Origin: an uncultured virus (IMG/VR IMGVR_UViG_3300044647_000866)
Taxonomy: Duplodnaviria; Heunggongvirae; Uroviricota; Caudoviricetes
Virus record (IMG/VR): IMGVR_UViG_3300044647_000866
Direction: 5' to 3' (one strand)
Length of the DNA: 20,000 nucleotides
The translations under genes were made by a program, and so were the position numbers. The first letter of the stretch is position 1, and each line of letters opens with the position of its first letter. Positions 14,665 through 20,000 of the stretch are shown in pieces. The notes under the pieces were generated by a model, which ran no database searches, was not told the DNA's origin, and saw only the letters and a program-made list of their open reading frames with translations.

Positions 14665-15639
14665 ATGTCTCTCGCAGTAAGTGGTAACTACTATGGTGCC
14701 GGTTCGGGCGTTGATGCCTACACTGGCAAGTTCATCCCTGAGATTTGGTCTGGCAAGCTTCAGGTCAAGTTCTATCAGACGACCGTGTTGTCTGATATCA
14801 CGAACAACGACTGGGAAGGTGAGATCAAGGATCAGGGCGACAAGGTCGAGATCCGCACGGTTCCGTCGATCACTATCAACAACTACCTCAAGGGCCAGAC
14901 GCTTGCCGCGCAGGTTCCGACGAACGACGTTCTTGAGTTGTTGATCGACAAGGGCAAGTACTTCTCCGTCGTCGTTGATGACGTGGATGACGTGCAGTCG
15001 GATCTCAAGCTCATGGACATCTTCACGAACGACGCTGCTCAGCAGATGAAGATTGCCGTGGACACCGACGTGCTTGGCGCGTTGGTTGGCGCTTCGGTCG
15101 CGGCCAACGAGGGCGCGACTGCCGGTGCGATCTCTGGCGACATCAACCTCGGCGTGTCGGTCGGTGGCTCGAAGGCTGCCCGTAAGGTCACCTCGACCAA
15201 CGTGATCGACTACCTGATCGCGATGGGCCAGTGCTTGGACGAGCAGAACGCTCCGGAAGATGGCCGTTGGGTCGTCATCCCGGCGTGGATGGCGTCGAAG
15301 ATCAAGACGTCCGACCTCAAGGACGCCTCGATCACGAACGACTCCATGTCGCCGCTGCGTAATGGCCGCCTTGGCATGATCGATCGTTTCACCCTGTATG
15401 TCAGCAACCTGCTCCCGTCGCAGACTGGCATCACTGGTGAGGGTGCGGACGCCAGCGTTAAGGCGTTCAGCTGCTTCGCTGGTACCCGTGATGCGATCAC
15501 GTTCGCGTCTCAGATCACGAAGATGGAGTCGCTCCGTAGCACGACTACGTTCGGCAACATCGTCCGTGGCCTGAACGTGTACGGCTACAAGGTCGTGAAG
15601 CCGGAGGCTCTCGTCGAGGGCTTCTTCTACAAGGGCTAA
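14665..15639 (+). CDS. Major capsid protein (HK97 fold)
   Basis: 'FIPEIWSGKL', 'EGEIKDQGDKVEI', 'GRLGMIDRFTLYVSN', 'VRGLNVYGYKVVKPEAL'; strong codon bias; followed by a terminator-like hairpin. Confidence 0.92.
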   Translation: MSLAVSGNYYGAGSGVDAYTGKFIPEIWSGKLQVKFYQTTVLSDITNNDWEGEIKDQGDKVEIRTVPSITINNYLKGQTLAAQVPTNDVLELLIDKGKYFSVVVDDVDDVQSDLKLMDIFTNDAAQQMKIAVDTDVLGALVGASVAANEGATAGAISGDINLGVSVGGSKAARKVTSTNVIDYLIAMGQCLDEQNAPEDGRWVVIPAWMASKIKTSDLKDASITNDSMSPLRNGRLGMIDRFTLYVSNLLPSQTGITGEGADASVKAFSCFAGTRDAITFASQITKMESLRSTTTFGNIVRGLNVYGYKVVKPEALVEGFFYKG

Positions 15640-15655
15640 TCCCTAGTAGGTAACA

Positions 15656-15694
15656 GGGAGGGTGGTTGGGGATTCCCGGCCACCCTCTCTTCTT
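15656..15694 (+). terminator. Putative intrinsic terminator after the capsid gene
   Basis: GGGAGGGTGGTTGGG-gatt-CCCGGCCACCCTCTC followed by a short TTCTT tract. Confidence 0.7.
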
Positions 15695-15706
15695 GAGGAG
15701 GAAGGC

Positions 15707-15901
15707 ATGCTTTTACGAAACAAGCGGACAGGGTTTGTATACTCGTACTCGAAGGTTCTCGCGAACGATCCAGAGTTCGAGTTGTTTGAGGAACAGCCTG
15801 TTGCGACTGTTTCGCAAGAGCATACTGAGACGGTGACAGTTCCTGTAAGGAAGAGAAAGTCAAAGAAGTCTGGAGAATCTAATGGCACTAACGCCCAATA
15901 G
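15707..15901 (+). CDS. Small hypothetical protein, 64 aa
   Basis: Start reassigned to ATG 15707 (MLLRNKRTG), after a GAGGAGG RBS. Confidence 0.75.
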   Translation: MLLRNKRTGFVYSYSKVLANDPEFELFEEQPVATVSQEHTETVTVPVRKRKSKKSGESNGTNAQ

Positions 15902-16583
15902 TCTTTTCGATCGTGTACGCGATCTGATTCAGGACGTAGGTAAAGTCCGCTGGACTGACACCGAACTTCTGAACTATCTGAACGATGGCCGGCGCGACCT
16001 CGCTGCCGCACGTCCAGATCTCTACGCGGAGACGACGAACCACGCCCTTGTTGCCGGCACACGCCAGACAATTCCGTCAGACGGAACACGGCTGATCGAT
16101 GCCATCCGAAACGTGACTTCTGCCAACGTGATTGGCCGCGCAGTCAGGATCGTCGAGCGCGAGATTCTGGATGCGCATTCGCCTGACTGGCACACGGAGC
16201 CGGCATCAACCTCAATCAAGAACTTCATGTACGACGAGCGCGAGCCGAAGACGTTCTACGTCTACCCGCCTGCCGCCTCTGGTCACAAGATGACCATCGT
16301 CTACTCTAAGGCTCCTGCGGAGCTTATCTCTGCCGACCTCGTTTCCTCTTCAGCCCTTGAGAAGGAAGACATCTTCATCAGTGCGCTGGTGGACTATATC
16401 GTCTACCGCTGCCTGAGCAAGGATGCTGAGTTCGCCGGCAATGCCCAGCGTGCGGTTATGCACTATCAGGCATTTGCCAACCTAGTCGGCATTGGCAACA
16501 AGAAGCGGCTCACGAACTCACCCAACTTGAACAACGTCGGCGGCGCAGTCCCGCGGGTCGCTACAGTGGAGGCTGGAGGTTAA
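15882..16583 (+). CDS. Putative head-tail adaptor protein
   Basis: 'VRDLIQD...RWTDTELLNYLNDG' and 'ALVDYIVYRCLSKD' resemble podoviral adaptor families; post-capsid position. Confidence 0.75.
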   Translation: MALTPNSLFDRVRDLIQDVGKVRWTDTELLNYLNDGRRDLAAARPDLYAETTNHALVAGTRQTIPSDGTRLIDAIRNVTSANVIGRAVRIVEREILDAHSPDWHTEPASTSIKNFMYDEREPKTFYVYPPAASGHKMTIVYSKAPAELISADLVSSSALEKEDIFISALVDYIVYRCLSKDAEFAGNAQRAVMHYQAFANLVGIGNKKRLTNSPNLNNVGGAVPRVATVEAGG

Positions 16584-16586
16584 GTC

Positions 16587-17237
16587 ATGGCAACTCTCAC
16601 CAGCTTCTACCCGTACGTCCTGCCGGACGTCCCCGGCTGCCCTGAGATCTCCGTTGATCTCGCTTTGAAGGCATCGCTTATCGAGTTTTGCGAGAAGTCC
16701 CTGATCCTGCAGCGCGACCACGACCCGCTTACAGTTGTTGCGGGTGTTGTGGATTACGACTTCGAGCCGCCCACCGGCAGCCTCGTAGTCAAGATCATGA
16801 AGGCTTGGTACAAGACCAAGGAGCTTCAGCCCGTCGCCCCTGATGAGATTGACAGGGCTGAGCTGTACAACCGCACCTTCGTCGGCGCAAGCACGGACGG
16901 CGCTGAGCCGCAGTACATCCTGCAGAAGGACGAGCGCACCTTCTCGCTGTTCCCCATCCCGAAAGACACGGTCGCGAACGCCCTGACGATGCGCGTTGCC
17001 TACAAGCCGACCAGAACCGCGAACACCGTTGATGACGTCCTGTTCGAGGACTACGCGGAAACGATCGCTCACGGTGCCAAAGCGCGGCTGTTTATGTCAC
17101 CGGGAAAGACGTACACGAACCCGCAGCTTGCTGTTGCGGCGATGGATCAATTCGGTCGCGGCGTGAATACCGCCCGTCAGCGAGCCGTTCGAGGGCATGT
17201 GCGGTCTGACTTGTCCGTCCAGATGCGGAGACTCTAA
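16587..17237 (+). CDS. Putative second adaptor/connector protein
   Basis: 'VLPDVPGCP...IEFCEKS' and 'IAHGAKARL...PGK.YTNP'; GGAGG RBS. Confidence 0.7.
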   Translation: MATLTSFYPYVLPDVPGCPEISVDLALKASLIEFCEKSLILQRDHDPLTVVAGVVDYDFEPPTGSLVVKIMKAWYKTKELQPVAPDEIDRAELYNRTFVGASTDGAEPQYILQKDERTFSLFPIPKDTVANALTMRVAYKPTRTANTVDDVLFEDYAETIAHGAKARLFMSPGKTYTNPQLAVAAMDQFGRGVNTARQRAVRGHVRSDLSVQMRRL

Positions 17238-17608
17238 TGGCCTACAGCACTACTATCCCGCTGGTTGAGGGAGACACTCTCCCGATCCTGTACATGAACC
17301 TGAAGGACAGCAACGAGGCCGCCGTCGGCCAGACGCTGGACTCGACAAACCCGGCTACGTGGGCACCGATCAATCTGGCTGATGCGACTGTGCGGCTGAA
17401 GATCCGCGCTGTTGGCTCCAGCGCGATCAAGGCGACGATCACTGGGTCAGTCACTGACGCAGCCAACGGGCGTGTGGCATTTCAGTGGTCATCCGGTGCG
17501 CTCGATACCGCAGGCACTTACGAAGCAGAGGTCGAGGTCACTTACCTCAACGGCACCATCCAGACCGTGTACGACCTTCTGAAGCTGAAGGTCAGAGCTG
17601 ACTTCTAA
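17237..17608 (+). CDS. Virion protein, BppU-N-like beta-sandwich
   Basis: 'GDTLP...INLADATVRL...G.V.FQW....LDTAGTYEAEVEVTY.NG.IQTV'. Confidence 0.7.
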   Translation: MAYSTTIPLVEGDTLPILYMNLKDSNEAAVGQTLDSTNPATWAPINLADATVRLKIRAVGSSAIKATITGSVTDAANGRVAFQWSSGALDTAGTYEAEVEVTYLNGTIQTVYDLLKLKVRADF

Positions 17609-18576
17609 TGATTCGCGCAATCTTCGAGGTTGCGAGTCCAAGCCCTAGCATCCAGATAGCCGAAGCTGCGGCGGATGTTTCGTACAAGAACGTCCGCGCC
17701 CAGAGTGACTGGGTAGCACTTGGGCTAGACCCTGAATATGTAGAGCTGAAGGGACAGCTGAGCTACGTCAACCTTGTTGGCGAGCTGAGGTACATCAACC
17801 TTCAGGCCGCGAATGTCTACGCAGATCCGACCCCGCCTGACCGCTGGGTCAACGACATTCAGATCACGGTCGATAGCGTATTCATTACCTTCGAGAAGGT
17901 TCCTGCAGACATCGTAACGACGTCTGACAGGCGGACGTTTGTCTTCTTTAAGGGCAACGCCGACAGCTTCTCGACCGTCGATTCCTCTAGGTTCAGCTTC
18001 GGCAAGAGATCGACTGACTCTCAGGCTGTATCCGATCAGATACAGTCGAAGGACTTCGGCAAGGGGCTGTCTGATCTTCAGGCCGCAGCTGATGCGGTTC
18101 AGAAAAGCATGTCGCTTGCGAAGGCTGACTTCTTTTCGGCTAATGACACAAGTCGCTACAACCTATCGAAGCCGCTGAGCGATGACTTCTCTACGCTAGA
18201 CAGCAGCGTATTCACATTCTTTGCTGCAAAGGATGATTCTGTATCTACATCAGATACAACGTCTAGCTTCTTCAGCAAGCTGCTTGCAGATGTTGCGCTT
18301 GCAGATGACAGGTTCAGCATTGAAGACGAGCTGCAGCAGACAATCGGAAAATCTCTTTCTGATTCGTTTGATGTCTCAGACTCGCTGTCTTATGCCGTAA
18401 ACTTCAACAGAAGCTTTTCGGAAACTGAGTACGCTATCGACTCCCAGAACCTATCGTTCTTTAAGGGTCTTAGCGACTCTAAATCAACATCAGACTCCGG
18501 CGCTTTGCGGATGACCGACTATGCGGACATCTCCTATTTCGCCGAAGACTATGTCGGCGTTTCACGCACTTTCTAA
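17608..18576 (+). CDS. Putative virion protein with ~18-aa tandem repeats
   Basis: Repeating K-x-x-x-D-x5-D units; located in the tail module. Confidence 0.7.
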   Translation: MIRAIFEVASPSPSIQIAEAAADVSYKNVRAQSDWVALGLDPEYVELKGQLSYVNLVGELRYINLQAANVYADPTPPDRWVNDIQITVDSVFITFEKVPADIVTTSDRRTFVFFKGNADSFSTVDSSRFSFGKRSTDSQAVSDQIQSKDFGKGLSDLQAAADAVQKSMSLAKADFFSANDTSRYNLSKPLSDDFSTLDSSVFTFFAAKDDSVSTSDTTSSFFSKLLADVALADDRFSIEDELQQTIGKSLSDSFDVSDSLSYAVNFNRSFSETEYAIDSQNLSFFKGLSDSKSTSDSGALRMTDYADISYFAEDYVGVSRTF

Positions 18577-18592
18577 AACTGAGGTTCAGTAA

Positions 18593-19036
18593 ATGAAACT
18601 TGTAGAAGACATCAAGGCCACCGGCAAGCTTCAGATCCGGCTGTTCGACGAGAACGGCGGTTTGAAGGAAGAGCTGGAGTTCAACAACCTCGTCGTCACT
18701 GTCGGCAAGGACTTCATCGCTTCGCGCATGGTTGGAACCGCCTCTGCCGTTATGAGCCACATGGCGATCGGCGAAGGCTCAACCAGCCCTGTCGTTGGCA
18801 ACACGACGCTTGGCAACGAACTTGGCCGCGTTGCGCTTACGAGCGGCACGGCGAGCGGCTCTGTTGTGACGTACTTCGCGACCTTCGGTGCAGGCACTGG
18901 CACTGGCCCCATCACTGAGGCCGGCGTGTTCAATGCTGGCGCTGCTGGGACTATGCTTTGCCGCACTACGTTTGCGGTTGTGAACAAAGGCGCAGCCGAC
19001 AGCATGGCGGTGACTTGGACTGTAACGATCTCCTAA
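18593..19036 (+). CDS. Putative tail structural protein
   Basis: 'NLVVTVG...HMAIG.G...TTLGNELGR...ITEAGVFNA...GTML.RT.F.VVNK' pattern of phage tail/fiber-collar-like proteins. Confidence 0.75.
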   Translation: MKLVEDIKATGKLQIRLFDENGGLKEELEFNNLVVTVGKDFIASRMVGTASAVMSHMAIGEGSTSPVVGNTTLGNELGRVALTSGTASGSVVTYFATFGAGTGTGPITEAGVFNAGAAGTMLCRTTFAVVNKGAADSMAVTWTVTIS

Positions 19037-19048
19037 TAGGGGCAAGGC

Positions 19049-20000
19049 ATGTCGAATCTTACGACTCGCGCAGGAAAGGGAAGTCCACTCACCAACAATG
19101 AGCTGGACGCCAACTTCACTAACCTCAATGCAGACAAGGTTGAGGTTGGCGGAGACCTTTCCGGAACTTCGTCTGCTCCCAACGTAGCTAAGATCCAAGG
19201 CCGTGCCGTCTCGACTGACGCCCCGGCTGCAGGGGAGAAGCTCGTCTGGAGCGGTACGGCGTGGGAACCGTCAGTAGATCCTACCGGCGAGCCTATTGGC
19301 CATGCCGATAAGACGCAGTCCGCGATTTCATTCAATAGCGGCACTCGTACATTTACGATTGCTCCTGTTGCGTCTGAATTCGTAGTCTGGTGCAAGGGCG
19401 TAAAGTACACCTATACGTCCGCCCAGACTGTCGTTATTCCAAACACGACTGGACTGCACTACATCTACTTCAGCTCATCTGGCGTCCTCTCGACCCAGAT
19501 GTCGTTTTTCTCTTGGGCAGAACATGCTCCTACGGCATACATCTATTGGAACGCGACTACGTCGACGGCTGTCTACTTTGGCGACGAACGCCATGGTGTT
19601 GTCCTCGACTGGCAGACTCACGAGTATTTGCACCGCACACGCGGCGCTGCTATCGCGAATGGTTTCTTGGCTAGTGGCTATACGCTGAACAACTCAGCTA
19701 CCAACGCGGCTACGCAGATTGCAATTGAGTCTGGTACGTTCTTTGACGAGGACATGAAGATCGACATCGTGTCGACTGCTACGCCTACCGCTGGTACATA
19801 CCAACAGAACTTGTTGTTCCCCGCAAAGATTCCAGTCTTGCACCTGCAAGGCACTTCGTGGGTTATGGACGCCCCCACAGATTTCCCATTTAAGCAGGGC
19901 ACATCCAGACCACAGTACAACTCAGTCTCAGGTGGTGTTTGGAGTACGGCGGACGTTGGCAACAACCAACACGCTACGACATGGATTCTGGCCACAAACA
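19049..20000 (+). CDS. Tail fiber/spike protein (3' end truncated)
   Basis: Missing from the ORF track. MSNLTTRAGKGSPLTNNELDANFTNLN... is a common fiber N-terminal motif; the frame is T/S/G-rich and open to the window end. Confidence 0.8.
   Translation, partial: MSNLTTRAGKGSPLTNNELDANFTNLNADKVEVGGDLSGTSSAPNVAKIQGRAVSTDAPAAGEKLVWSGTAWEPSVDPTGEPIGHADKTQSAISFNSGTRTFTIAPVASEFVVWCKGVKYTYTSAQTVVIPNTTGLHYIYFSSSGVLSTQMSFFSWAEHAPTAYIYWNATTSTAVYFGDERHGVVLDWQTHEYLHRTRGAAIANGFLASGYTLNNSATNAATQIAIESGTFFDEDMKIDIVSTATPTAGTYQQNLLFPAKIPVLHLQGTSWVMDAPTDFPFKQGTSRPQYNSVSGGVWSTADVGNNQHATTWILATN

Noticed and set aside
15662..15706. Upstream start for the post-capsid ORF given in the ORF track
   Set aside because: It lies inside the terminator hairpin; the GAGGAGG RBS supports ATG 15707.

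Overview
Part of a tailed dsDNA phage genome (Caudoviricetes, podovirus-like head genes) spanning a divergent transcription switch at about 4200. The left arm (minus strand) is an early-type operon: a sigma70-like promoter, a ~250-nt structured leader, four small ORFs, a CobS/MoxR-type AAA+ ATPase and a CobT-like HExxH + VWA protein that runs off the window edge. The right arm (plus strand) is a late operon: small basic proteins, terminase small subunit, HExxH peptidase-like protein, HTH-metallophosphoesterase, membrane/holin-like proteins, GH24 endolysin, terminase large subunit, portal, scaffold, major capsid, adaptors and tail proteins. The main discovery is an RNA-level system in the early operon. 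Two complete type II hammerhead ribozymes (3536-3587 and 2899-2961, minus strand) each start at a stop codon and are followed by a near-identical pseudoknot partner, CA-rich leader and RBS. Together they would excise a 636-nt three-ORF RNA whose joined ends could not re-form an active ribozyme. An unassigned multi-stem RNA (about 3985-4156) lies directly after the promoter. All calls come from reading the sequence by eye; no searches or folding programs were run.
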